Shown in pieces: positions 1 through 12,482 of a stretch of 64,000 nt of DNA; the first letter of the stretch is position 1, and every line of letters starts with the position of its first letter. Below the pieces are notes generated by a model. It saw only the letters and a program-made list of their open reading frames with translations, searched no databases and was not told the DNA's origin. The DNA is from Podarcis gaigeae. Its lineage: Eukaryota. The DNA lies in NCBI GenBank assembly GCA_964106915.2, contig OZ066916.1; one strand, written 5' to 3'. Made by a program: the position numbers and the translations under genes.

Positions 1-1307
1 GTATCTTTACCACCTTTCAAATACCACCAATTCTCAGTATACTGTATGCATAGAAAATTTGCAGCCAAAAGTGCTAACATACAGTGGAAACAACCAGTCT
101 TGAAGTGGTTTGTAGAAACAGGGCCAGTGCCATGTTTGAGGAGGACCTCTCCATGTTGACAGACCTCTGCTCACAGACTTACCTGGCAGAAGCAACTGGG
201 TCAGTGATCTTCCATTTGAAAAGATTCCACAATGCCTCAGAGTGACACAACATTAGAGCCATTGGAGAAATATAAAAGGGTAGCTTGCTGGACCAGCCAG
301 CCAACCAACACCAGAGCGAACAGGGGAGGTATACCGTAAGTTTTGGTGGATCTTGCTGAGTCCATGATCATGCAAGATTCTCTATTTCAGACCATTTAAA
401 GAATTCAGATTTTAAAAGCTGTAAGTGGATTTCAGCATTCTATCAAAATTATACTATAAGGCATTACTTGTAATAATGATTTAAATTAATCTTGTACTCA
501 GTAGTGGCCCCTTCTCCCTTTACAATAAAGTATTGCTTTGTTGAGTACATTGTTGGTCCTTCCACATCACTGAACACAGCAGGTTACAAATTAAGAACTA
601 GTATACAGTATATTGCAGATCGAAAGGTTTTAGAGAGTATTATTGTCATAGTGGAAAATCAGCTACATAGCGATTCATCCACCTTACACATGATTCAGTC
701 AGCAATTATTATTTTTTGAATTTGATCTAGCAGGAATTTCATGTACATGAAATAAGACAATAAATAGCGAGCTGAAATGCCATAAATGACACTCTGGCCA
801 AGAACAGAGACACCAACCTCCTATTTTATCAAGTATTTGGATCATTTAAGGAGCATGTTTGTGTCAATACTCTAGGACACCTCTTCAGAAGTAACACACA
901 TTCCAGACTCTGATTTCATAACCACCCAAACGGTGTTATCAAAATATAGGGCATCCTTTCTATCCTGCAAAGGAGGAATCTATGTATAGGAAACACACAC
1001 TTCTATTCATCTCCATATTGCCACATCCTTGTTCCTACAGCAGAAATAATACTTTCCAGCACAGAAAGGGTTCCAATTAGACTAATGAGCAGCACAAGTT
1101 AACACAAGATGGAACACACAGGTTTCAAGTAGACACGCTTTCACTCTCTGTATTCACCAGCCCCTTTCAAAAGTGAACTGAATCTCCATCCAAGTGCAGC
1201 AGCAAGGTTTTTGAGGACTAAATTCAACCATGTCATCTTCACACTTAAGACCTGGCAGCATTATTTAGTTCTCTGTCTATTTGGGTCATATAAAGCTGCC
1301 TTGCACC

Positions 1308-1497
1308 AAGGTCCCATCAACACTATACATTTAAAGTGGTATCATACCAATTTAAAACAGTCATGGCTTGCCCCAAAGAATTTTGAGAAGTGTAGTTATT
1401 ATTGGTGCCAAGAGTTGTTAGAAGACCCTGCATTCCCCTCAAAGAGCTACAGTTCTCAGGGTGGTTTATCAGTCATTCTCTCCCTTCCCAGGAAAGT
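1308..1497. mobile_element. Partial palindromic MITE (Harbinger-like family, related to 43330-43623)
   Basis: Shares catttaaag..cagtcatggctt.cccaaagaat..tgtagtt..cccctca.agagctac with the copy at 43330. Confidence 0.55.
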
Positions 1498-1660
1498 CTA
1501 GCTATCCAGTTCTCAGGCATGGCGGGAACTTCATATCAACTTCTAAACTCTTTTTGATTTTGTGAAACCATGTTGAGATACACTTAAAACAAAGTATTCT
1601 ATCATATAACGTACTTAATAGCACATAAGGATGCATTGCCCAATGAATTCCATTATTGCG

Positions 1661-2469
1661 TGTTGAGGTCCCCAATCCACCCCCCAAAATAACTCACAAC
1701 GGACACGTAATTTTTGTTTAAGATTTTTGGCATGATTTTGGCCACAACTTTATTAAAATACAAACTGCGAGTGGTTGTTTAGGCATTGGTTAAGACTATC
1801 TGTCCCCCCGCCTGGGGACAGAACTGACTTCTGGGCACCACCGAAAGACAGTGCGGGGGAAAGCAAGTTGGGGAAGAATTGGAGCTGAGACACAGACCCT
1901 CAACTCTCACCCGCCTGCTCCCCGAAGGCTTGCCGGCCCTAGTCCCATTCCAGGGATTGGACGAAAAGATGGCAAGCCCCAGGATTCCTTTAACGGAATT
2001 CCCTTTCCGCAGCAATCATGGAGGGGCAGGCCCAGCCTATCCTGAACCCCTCCATGGAGGGGTAGGCCCAGCCTATCCTAACCCCTCCTCCACCAGATTT
2101 ATAACCAATGCCTAACCACAACCTTACAAGTTGTGACGATTTGCTACGCAGTAGGCAAAATCCACCCAGCCAGCCAATTTGCCAGGTGGAAAAATTCCTA
2201 CCAGGCCCCTGCTCAAAGGCAGACGACCCCATGACAGGCATAGCAAGGTCAACGCAACAAACCCCTTATTCTAGGGCGGGTGATCCGTTGCACGCAGCAA
2301 AAGAGAAAGTACAAGGCTGCGTGCAGAGTATTTAAACCTTTTACCCCTCCCACCAAAATTGCAACATAACTTTTGCCCCAGCAACTCGGCAATCCAATCA
2401 ATGCCCCCTGGCCATCTTGGAGAACTTACCCAGCAACAAAGGGGTGGCTCAGTAGACCCCACCACAACA
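1661..2469 (-). mobile_element. Solo LTR (~810 bp, LTR retrotransposon/ERV) with a long structured R region
   Basis: TGTTG..CAACA termini. On the minus strand: CCAAT/YY1-like motifs (~2395-2419), TATA-like TTTAAATA (2336-2329) and AATAAA (1754-1749). A possible CGTG TSD overlaps the left end. GC-rich island within AT-rich DNA. Confidence 0.65.
2151..2201 (-). other. ENE-like RNA element (U-rich internal loop)
   Basis: GUAGG-AAUUUUU-CCACCUGGC-loop-GCUGGGUGG-AUUUUG-CCUAC: two stems flanking opposed U tracts. Confidence 0.5.
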
Positions 2470-5400
2470 CGTGCTCTTCCTGAAGGAGAACACGCTTTCC
2501 AGAACATAATAAATAAGCTCCACTTTTCAATTAATAAGTTATCCTGTTTGACTCTCTTACTTTATTTGACCATGCCTTAAATTGCTGGGGAGACTGGCTT
2601 TTCCACCCCATCCCATATGTAACATATGTAACATCTATCAGTATATGGTGTTCTTAATAAATGAATTATCATTTTAGTATTTTTAATGTAACAGAGTAAT
2701 CCAACAGTAATTGGATCTGATAATAGTTCATATCCTGTGTTTTTTTTAAATAATCATTTATTACAGCAGTACTAAATGTTATTAGCCTGGAATACAACCA
2801 GAATGGGCAAAATATTTTACACACACACACACATATATGTGTGTGTATGCGCATCAGGGGTTACATTTGAAACACTCTTTGTGCAGAGCCATCTACCGCA
2901 AAGTTATGGTCCCCAATTAAAATTTCTATCCCTTGTTCACTTAGGAAGTACTTCACAGGTACACACAGTGTGGTCAGAAGCAGACCCCTTCATCCCATTG
3001 TGATTATTTTAGAAGTATTCTTTTTAAAAACCAAAACTATAACACTCCCATTAGCACCGGCTTTTAAAAACTTATCGGGTAATAAATTGAGTGTGGGTTG
3101 TAACACATAAGCATTTTGTAACAAATTCAGGTCTTAACAGAGGTACCCATGAACCACACAATTATTGTGACAAGGTTATTTTCCCCTGGGAGAGAGGACT
3201 GAGCTTAGTGGTTCATCAACGTATTGAAATTGCTGAGGCAGATCAAAGTGTGGGGAGGAGGAAAAGTGGGGGGGGGGGTGAAGTGCATGATCCAGCACTC
3301 TAATTCATTCATTGACTACCGCATTTGCACGGCACTAATTTTAGTAATTAGGGAGAGAAGTCCATTATTACACCATCCATTAAATAACGATCAGTAACCT
3401 TAATGGCTAATTGGAAAAAAAAAAAGATTTATTGTACAAAGCATACCAAATCAAGCCAGAGTCAGCTACTAAGAACATATGTTGGGTTCCTTAATGTATA
3501 TTTTCAAGAACTCTACTGCCATTTAGGGAGTGGGGGAAAGGACCCATGTAGAAGTGAAACAGAGCCTAATAACAATTACACTGACCGGAGCAAAAAGTAA
3601 TTCATAGTGAGCATAGAGAGGGAGAAAACAATTCTCTACATGCTTTCAAGCAGCTGCTCTACTGTTAATGGTAGAGCGTGGTGCTGATGCATGCAGGTAT
3701 ATTTAAGTCATTTCTAGATGTTGCCGTATTTCACATACAAAAGCTGCCTGCTCTTGAATAATGCATACACAGTACACTGAATTCAAGAATGTTAGATGCA
3801 AGGCAGAATTTTCGCTTCGTCAATTAGACAGATGACCTGCAACTACTGGAGTGAAGGCTGTTGTGCAACAGAAGTGAACTTTTTCAGTAAGTTTCCATTC
3901 CTCTGAGACAGAGACAATCATATCTCAAGACATCTGCTGTCCTCTGGCAGTTTAAATTTCAACACAAAGGTGAGCTCTTTTACCATGGCAGGTGCAGGTT
4001 CTCTCTCTGGCTGCTTTCCATGTCAGAAAGACAAATTTAACTATGTTGTCACACAGGGGCTCAAAGCAATGCCCTGAGACTGGTCTAGTTTGGAAACATA
4101 GACCTTGCGCTGACTATAAGGTACATTCATTTCCTCTTCCATGTTCTATCCTTTATTAACAACCACCACATATGGCGTGAGTAGCAGTCATGTTAATAGC
4201 TTTGGGTTAAAGATCCAGATTTCAGCTTCATTCATTTGTGGGGAAATGAGAATGGGTTCATTTACACATGTTCCAGAGCTGAAGAAGCTTAATCATGAGC
4301 AGGCACAGAAATGAAGAAAAACAAAATTAGAGAACTGTTAAACAAGCAAAGTATTTTTAGGAATGTCATACCGTTGAAGAAACCTTACATTATCTGTTTT
4401 AGTTGATTAAGCAATTTTACAGTCAATTAAGTTTCATAGGTAAAAGCAATTATGAAGCCAAAAGTATGATTTTTAGATGCTTGCATTCACCATAAATGAG
4501 GCATTCCCACCTAGACCTAACAGTATCTTGAGGTCACCACAGTGGCTACTCCTGGCCTAGTGAGTGTGTGAATAGGTCTTTTCATGAAGACGAAAATGCA
4601 GTTTTCCCCCCTGTACTAACTAAAAACAGCAATGTTGTGTGGCAGCATGCCAAAAACAAAGAACAAAACTCAGTCACTCAAAAACAAACCAGCAACTATG
4701 TCACCATCAATAGTAAGTGCGGAAAGGCCCTAGGAGATTCTGCTGACACTGCTTAAAAAACATATCCACAACTCAAGTCCTACCATTCAAATGACTGGGA
4801 GCCAGTTACATATATCTCCAGTGGCCTCTTAATGTGCTCTGTGCACACTCCACAGGTGCTGGTTCTATGCAATGCTGCATACTCAACATCAACCATTTCA
4901 TCCAAGGTTGACAAAACCAGACAAACTAGGCATCAAGATTGCATGATGAGGGAGGGAATATTCTAGACATGATGGGATTCCTTTTCAGCCTTGCATGAGC
5001 ATATGAAGCCACACTTGGGGTATCTAGTTTTCCATACCTGGTTTTTAAACTGCCATTGCAATCAGATTTAGTAGACATTTTAATCTTTGAAACATAACCT
5101 GCAAAAAAGGGCACAGTTGCTCGGACGCTTGGCATCAGTTAAAGATGGAATCGGCTTGCCGTGTGGTTGGGTTGCCAAAAAGAGGGCATAAGGCAGCTGC
5201 CTGGCACCTACTGCTTAGGGGCAATTATGTAGATGTAACTGACCTATGTAAAGAGAAACAATACTATTGCATGTAAGCAGCATGCTTTCACAAGAAAGAA
5301 ACACAATCCACCTCGGAAAAGCTTGCTTTCCCCCCCTCAAGACTTAAAGAACTAGAATGAAGCAGGTGTGCTCTGGAGAGTGCTTTCTTTCAGTGGATAT

Positions 5401-6683
5401 ACACCTATGATTTGTAGAGTTTAATTGGGCTCCAGCTGGGGTTAATTGTTCCCCCCCCTCCACCGTTCTTGCTGTTTTTATTTCTTTTCTACACAACAGA
5501 TTAACGGGAAACAGAAACCCCCTGCTCCAAGGCTACAAGACGGAAGCTGTGAACAGGAGAAAATATCTGTCTTTCATAAGAGCACAAGCCAAGGGTATGC
5601 AACATAGTGCGCTCAAAATGTTCTGGGGATTCCCAGCTCCCAGCACCCTCAGTCCCAGTCACCATGGCCGGTTCACAGAGAAATATAAGTCATATCATGT
5701 AAGTGTGCAGGTGCACAGAGCAAAAACTGCAAGTGCTTCGCTCTTCCCCAGAGGGTCTTCGTTACTAAGCCATGGCTTGGTTCAGTGTTGTGTGAGAACC
5801 CAGGCCAGCAAGAATAAAGCTTAGTGTTGCACTGAGTCCTCTGGAGCATTGTGGCAAGTTGGGGCCCACCTTGCTGAGATCCCTTCAAACTGGGAGCAAG
5901 TCCTCTATGGAATGGCAGCTTTGACCTATCTTCAACTGCTCAGTTTATGGGGAACATTTTTCAAATAAAAACTCCTTAGAAAAATTACAGGGAAATGTCA
6001 TCTATAGCTGGTTTTGTTTCTTTCTTTCTTTTTTCATTTTAAACAAAACAAAACAAAACATGAACACCAGACCAAACAAATCTCATAAGAAAATGTTCAA
6101 CTAAATCCACCCACACAACAGTAGGAGCTGTTATCTCAGAAAAACGATTTAGAGGTCATAATTAATTTGATCACTGCTGCAAAAAATAGGGATTGCAAGA
6201 AACTGGGGAAAGAGCACAGCTCCTACTCTTTTCAAGTGGAAAAAAGTGGTCTATCACAACTACTCAAATTAAATTACTATAGGAGAATACAAGCAAATCT
6301 ACACAATACGTATGAAGAAGTGGGTGCTCTACTTGATGTTTTGGAATAAAAAGTACGGTGGCACTATAAAGCCATATGTTGTTTTTTATTTATTATGCTA
6401 TCATCTGAAACATTTGTTACCAATATATTACAAACATTAAAAATACATAAAAAATAAAGGAGCTAGAAGTAAAAGCTTCACAGTCAGATGAATACAGTGT
6501 ATTATGTTCTTCACTTCTTGTTTATTGGAAATTTGCCACCTGCATAAAGGTAGTGCATAAATCTAAATAGCTTCTACAAACTAACACAAATGCTTGGCTA
6601 AACATCAGGTGTAGGAAGCCACGTGGATATTTCTTTATTTCAAGTATCCCACCTCCCACCCTCCTTCCACTAGATCAGCATTA

Positions 6684-6837
6684 CAGTGGTACCTCCACTG
6701 GCCGTATCCCAAGGAATTCACAACTGGAGGACCACTTCTGCACATGTGCATGGTGCGTAGAGCACTTCTGTGCATGCGTGCGTGACAAAATCCAGAAAAA
6801 TACTTCCGGGTTTGCCGCATAAGTGGAGGTACAACCG
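6684..6837. mobile_element. Tc1/mariner (pogo/Tigger-like) MITE, internally deleted
   Basis: TA|CAGTGGTACCTC..GAGGTACAACCG|TA; internal sequence similar to 32713-32936. Confidence 0.75.
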
Positions 6838-7874
6838 TATTAGGAAAAGGTTGAATAGTATTATCTAGGATGGGGCCAGGGAAAAGCCACGAATTACAAA
6901 CAGAATTCCACAATAATATTTAAGGGAGGTATGAAAATCCTATGTGGTATTAAAATTAATGAATATAACTAAGTTAGCTCCATTCATTCAACGGGTTTGC
7001 TCAGAGTTAAAATTTAGTTGAGTATCATCCTCTGTGCCTAAAATATAACTTTATGTTATATGGTGAGATTAATTCAAATAAGGCAAATGGCTAATAAGGA
7101 TTGTTGGGAATCCAGAATGACTTTGGACAGCATGGTAACTAGCAAAAAGCAGAAATAAAAATGCTCAGTTTGTCCTGTATGAATCAAGTATGATTTTTGG
7201 TCTTCCTTTGTCACATATTATGAATAGAATCAATTAGTTTGACACTTTTTTCTCCTTGACTTAACATATTATCCATTCATTTATGAATCCTTTTTAGTTA
7301 TTGATAGAACATTTATATCATATATGACAAGTCTCATCATAATATAAAATACTTCAGCAATATCTTTGCAGATTTATTAATGAATATTAATTGCTAATCA
7401 TTTACTTAATCTTGACAATTTAATAATACAAGAGACCGAGTTATTATTTACTTCTTAACACATTTTTTTGCCCTGCTCTTCAGTCAAAAAATACTCCTAG
7501 AGAGGCTTACATACAATCATTAAGAACAAAACAGTCCTTGCCTGCAGGGTTAGAATCTAAAATACACGACACAAATGGGAAACTAGATGAGAAGGGAAGG
7601 GGGAAAAAACACAAGTACAATTTCTTAAAATTAAACACTAGTTCTTATAATGACCCAATGGAATGGAAACAGTCCAGGGAGAGGCAGTAGCAAATGCAGC
7701 TAGCTCCCCTCACTGAATTGACAGTTGCCTTTTTTCCCTCTCTCACTCAGGTCACATGCAAACCATACCTGTTAGCTCCCTATAGATCAGGCCAAATCAC
7801 CAGGCAAATTAAGGACCTGTACTCTCATCCCATGAAGCCCCAACACTGGTAGCAGCAGGTGTGATACAATAAGG

Positions 7875-8081
7875 CAGGCATGTCCAAAGTCCGTTTTGGG
7901 GGCTAACCTGGTCTGCTGGTCAGTTTAATCCAACCTCTGTGGCAGTTATTTCCTAGGGTAAGATCCTAAAAAAAGTAAACAACTTCAACCCTTAAGAAAA
8001 GCTCAAAAACCTCAGGTCAGTCCTCACGGCCCTTCACTTCATCAAATCTGGCCCTCTTTGAAAAAAGTTTAGACACCACTG
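7875..8081. mobile_element. hAT MITE
   Basis: CAGGCATGTCCAAA..TTTAGACACCACTG TIRs; perfect 8-bp TSD CAATAAGG (7867-7874, 8082-8089). Confidence 0.85.
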
Positions 8082-8295
8082 CAATAAGGGATGGGGTGGG
8101 GGTTAAATCTACACTCACTCTCCAGCACTTACTGAGGATCTTGGGCAATTCACTATCTTTCAGTCTAATCCAACTCACACAATGGGGAGGGGGGAAACAC
8201 TGTGTATTCCTTGAATGAAAAAGTGGAATAAACTAGGAGAAAATTAGGCTCTTTGAATGAAGAATGGCATAGAAATATAATAAATACATAAAATA

Positions 8296-8998
8296 TCATC
8301 TCACATCCCCAACAAGGTCATATAGCCATAATTTACCCTTTCCCCTTAATCTGCTATCTTGCCTATTTGGATCCATGGTCAATCTGGATTCTCTGTGGAA
8401 CCTGTTGCCCCACCCCTTCAAAAATGACATAGAAGTGAGTGATTTCTTTCTTTGGGGGCGGAGAGGACTAAAACCTATGTGGATGTGGGGGGGCGGTACG
8501 CCCCAGGTTCCATGTCTGTGGGGGTGACAAGAAGTCACCCTGCAGGGCTCATGGCGGCACGAGCAGTCATTGCGCTGCCTTAGCCACCTTTGGAGGATCC
8601 TCCGTTCACGGCTGCAGCCGCGAGCAGAGGATCTTGGCACCATCCATACAGCACTGGAGCGGTGCTGGCGGCAAACCGCTATACAGCGCATGTGCAGTGT
8701 CACTACTTATGGTGCATGGCCTTATGTAGCAATGCCTCTTTCCCAGAGAGTATGTCAGGTGGAGCAGCTGGTGCTCAGCAGCCATTTCTGATATTTTGAA
8801 TAACTCTGAGTTTATACTGTTTCTTTCTTTTTCTTTTCTTTTCTTTTCTTTTTTTTGCCTTATTTGAGTGCTACTGTGTTTTCTGGTATAATTATAGTGA
8901 TGTTTGCTAATTTTGTAATGCCTTTCTTGTCACTGTGAGCGGCTCTGAACTCAGCGCTGTTGGAAAAGTTGAGTACAAATATTAAATAAAAAATAAAT
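8296..8998 (+). mobile_element. Probable LINE 3'UTR/tail (L2-like end)
   Basis: GC-rich block, then T-rich sequence and tgtgagcggctctga..tacaaatattaaataaaaataaa, resembling the L2 tails elsewhere in the window. Left boundary uncertain. Confidence 0.4.
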
Positions 8999-10724
8999 CC
9001 TTATACTCTCAATAGGGAACAGAAGAAAGCATTCAAAGCAGCCAGCCAGCCTCTGATTACCAACATTCAGCAGACATATAACTTAACTTTAAATTTAGCT
9101 ATGTAATTTAGTGTCAGCCATGAAGGGATACTTTGATTTGTATTTTTAATTAAAACTGTTTTACACTGTGCTCCTTGATGGAATTGTAAAAACACTGGGC
9201 TATATCGACTTGTGTCCTTCCACTCACAGAAGGTTCTTCTATCCAGCAGAGGCTTCCATAAAGTGTAGCAGGGAGATGCACCCTGCACTCCCATATCTGT
9301 TCCAGAAGATTGGGAGATCCCTCTAAACATACGAGGTGTCATATAAAGACTAAACGGAAAGGGGAAATGTGGAAAAAATCATTTCCTCCTTGTTCTATTC
9401 ACTGAAACTGGTTCAAAGAACCTTCTATGAATGGAATGGCACAATTCAAACTTAAGGAGTAACCTGCCACCTCACAGAAAACAGAAAATGTTTATTGTAT
9501 GCTTTATTGTTGTAACTCACCCAGGAATCTTTGGACAGAGGGGCAGGATCTACATTTTTAATGAACATCTAAAATAAATGTGAATCACATCCTAAAAGCA
9601 ACAATTGGCATATTAAACACCATTCAATTGTGTGTTATTTCATTCTGCTTCTGTCCTAGAACTAACTTCTATTCATTTGCACATTACAATGCCTTATTTT
9701 AATAGAATAAAAGTGACACGGAAATACACATCCCTTCAATTCTTCCTTTCAGGCACTTTTAATCTCACAATGCACTCTCTTAAACACACACACACAGTCT
9801 CTCCTCTGTGGTGAACTAACTCCTGGATTTTTCAAATGCGTGTGTCACAGCCTTTACATTTGTTAGTATAAACCAGACACTCAATACTTTATCCCTGTCT
9901 TTTGAAGGAGTGTTGAGAGACAGAAAACAGAACAATGTATGTTTAAGAGGGCTTGGCTATCAGCTTTGAACAGCCTGGATTTTTTAAAACCATATGTGAA
10001 AGCCTACTTTGGTTTTTGAACCATGGTTAAAAATACTCCCACATAATTAGTTCCAAGCAATATTTAGCCAATGTATAAATAGTCAATAAAAAGAAGTGTA
10101 GTGAGTTTATTCTTTTTAACAGATTGCAACTGTACCTGAGCTCTTCAGAGCCCTGCAGTCTCCGCTAGAGTTCTGTCTGTATTCATTTCCAGAATACAAC
10201 AAAGAAAACCTGATTCCACTGAGCAGAAGAGATAGTGGTTACTTATTATTTCTGAGAGAGGGCAGCCTTTGCATAAATGTTTGGTTTCAAGAGACACAGA
10301 GTGAAAACCTGTAATTACCAGTGAAAACAGGAGGCCAAAATTAAGCCTTAGAGGATCCGTGGCAATTGGCAAATGGCTACCCACAGCGGTGGGTCTTCGC
10401 ATCTCAAATTTCAGTAGTGCCCTGTGCAACACCAAAATTTGGCACCCCACCTGGTTTCTCACCTTCTCTTGGACAGTTGCAGTTCCTGCTGTGGTGCTCC
10501 AGAAGCTCTGCACCCCGTCCAAGTGAACCAGTTGCACTCCCCTAGACCTGCCTTTGCTACCCACACGAGCACAAATTTTAAGCAGCAATTATTTGGCATG
10601 GTTTTCACTCTTTAGATAGAGCATCTTTTAATTATATTATAAGGGCGATCAGGATTTCTCAGAAGCCGTCATAGTGGTAAGTAGTGTGAAACTGCCCTTA
10701 ATCACTGAATAAACTACTGAAATA

Positions 10725-10949
10725 CAGTGGTACCTTGGGTTACATACGCTTCAGGTTACAGACTCCGCTAACCCAGAAATAGTACCTCAGGTTAAGGTCT
10801 TTGCTTAATGATGAGAACAGAAATCGTGCTCTGCGGCCTGGCAGCAGCGGGAGGCCCCATTAGCTAAAGTGGTGCTTCAGGTTAAGCACAGTTTCGGGTT
10901 AAGAACAGACCTCCGGAACGAATTAAGTACTTAACCTGAGGTACCACTG
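10725..10949. mobile_element. Tc1/mariner (pogo/Tigger-like) MITE, family A
   Basis: TA|CAGTGGTACCT..AGGTACCACTG|TA; near-identical to 24618-24843 and to the inverted copy at 29288-29513. Confidence 0.9.
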
Positions 10950-11114
10950 TATTGAAAAAATGAAACTCTCTGCACAGAGTCCAGTTTCTGCTTGAAAACT
11001 GAGAAATCAATTAGGCTGGGAAAAACATCCTACACAATGCCAAGGGACAGGAGGAACCATGTTGGTGGATGGCTAAAGCTGCAGGGGAAATCAGGGGTAG
11101 TAAGGTAACTGGGT

Positions 11115-11540
11115 ACAGAATATTTAAAGGAATCAGAAGTCCCAGGGCTCAGGAAAAGAGATACATTTAAGCAAAGGAAGGGCTAATGACATACCTATGG
11201 AAAACATCTCACATTGCTGAAAGACAGCAGTAGGGGAAAGAGACTGGGACACTTCCTTAAGGAAGTAGATGACAGAAATGTGAATCTGAATAGTGGGAGA
11301 TTCAGGACAGACAAGATCAACCAGATAGTTATTTATGGAGGAAGACACTCTAAACTGCTAATAGTCTTGATAGCTGTATCTCCAGCGTCAAAGGCAATAT
11401 GACTCATTACCCATTGCTAGGAGTCACAAACAGAAGACAATGCCCACGTTCTCCTTGTGAGCTTCCCATAAGCTGGCCACTGTGGGAACTAGGATGCTGG
11501 TTAGATAGGTCTTTCATCAGATACAACTGGTTTTTTTCTT
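11115..11540 (+). mobile_element. Old degenerate CR1-like LINE 3' fragment
   Basis: Contains gggagattcaggacagacaa and ggccactgtgggaactaggatgctgg, motifs typical of CR1-group 3' ends. Confidence 0.4.
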
Positions 11541-11879
11541 ATGTTATTAGGAGTTTTTTAAAGGTTGGCTGGCCAAAATCTCAGATTTCGGCTGTGTGCT
11601 TCTGGTAGGAACAAGTGACCAAATGTTTTTGCTGAGGGAAGGCATCCGGCATACCTGAGTCTTTGGCACACTGTTTCTATCCTGAAGCTTAACTTAAAGC
11701 AATGGCCACTGCTGCATGTATGGCAGACTAACTCGTACCTCACAAGCTGTAGTGTCGAAAACATTAACAAATTCATTGCAGCACACGGTCTCATGGCCCA
11801 TAGTCCACTTAGTCAGATACATCTTGCCCACAAAAGCTTATGCCACCATACATTTGTTAGCCTTTATTAAGAAGAGTTT

Positions 11880-12103
11880 GGATTTGATATCCTGCTTTAT
11901 CACTACCCTAAGGAGTCTCAAAGCGACTAACATTCTCCTTTCCCTTCCTCCCCCACAACAAACACTCTGTGAGGTGAGTGGGGCTGAGAGACTTCAGAGA
12001 AGTGTGACTGGCCCAAGGTCACCCAGCAGCTGCATGTGGAGGAGCGGGGAATCAAACCCGGTTCACCAGATTACGAGTCCACCGCTCTTAACCACTACAC
12101 CAC
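11880..12103 (-). mobile_element. tRNA-derived CORE-type SINE (Squam3/MIR-like)
   Basis: Minus strand starts TGTGGTGTAGTGGTTAAGAGC (box A) .. GGTTTGATTCCCC (box B), then CTGGGTGACCTTGGGCCAGTCAC and a GTTGTGGGGGAGG core. Confidence 0.85.
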
Positions 12104-12397
12104 AAGGTGCCACAAGGTTCTATTTTTGCTGCAAGAGACTAATGCAGCAACTCTTTAGGAATTAGTCAATGGAACTCTACATTCTACTGATGGCTATTTA
12201 CCTTCATGTTGTTACCTTCATGTTGTTACAGAAAACAAAAGCAGTAAACCACAAGTTCTCAGGAAAGAGAGGTTAATCACTTCCAAATCAGCTGTTGAGT
12301 ATCCACTTCCAAATCAGCCTATGTTGAGTATCCTTCAAACCATATGAAAGTGTGTTTCTCTCTGTGATGCCTAGACAACATGGCTAAGTACAATAAT

Positions 12398-12482
12398 ATA
12401 TGACATGATATGATATGATATGATATGATATGATATGATATATGATATGATATGATATGATATGATGATATGATATATGATA
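12398..12482. repeat. (ATATG)n microsatellite
   Basis: Direct inspection. Confidence 0.95.

Noticed and set aside
1700-2150. MALAT1-like 3' module (genomic A-rich tract + mascRNA), or a hammerhead in the structured LTR
   Set aside because: No encoded A-rich tract, tRNA-like cloverleaf or CUGANGA/GAAA core was found downstream of the U-rich loop.
11990-12103. tRNA gene
   Set aside because: The A/B boxes belong to a SINE head followed by CORE and tail sequence; there is no complete cloverleaf.
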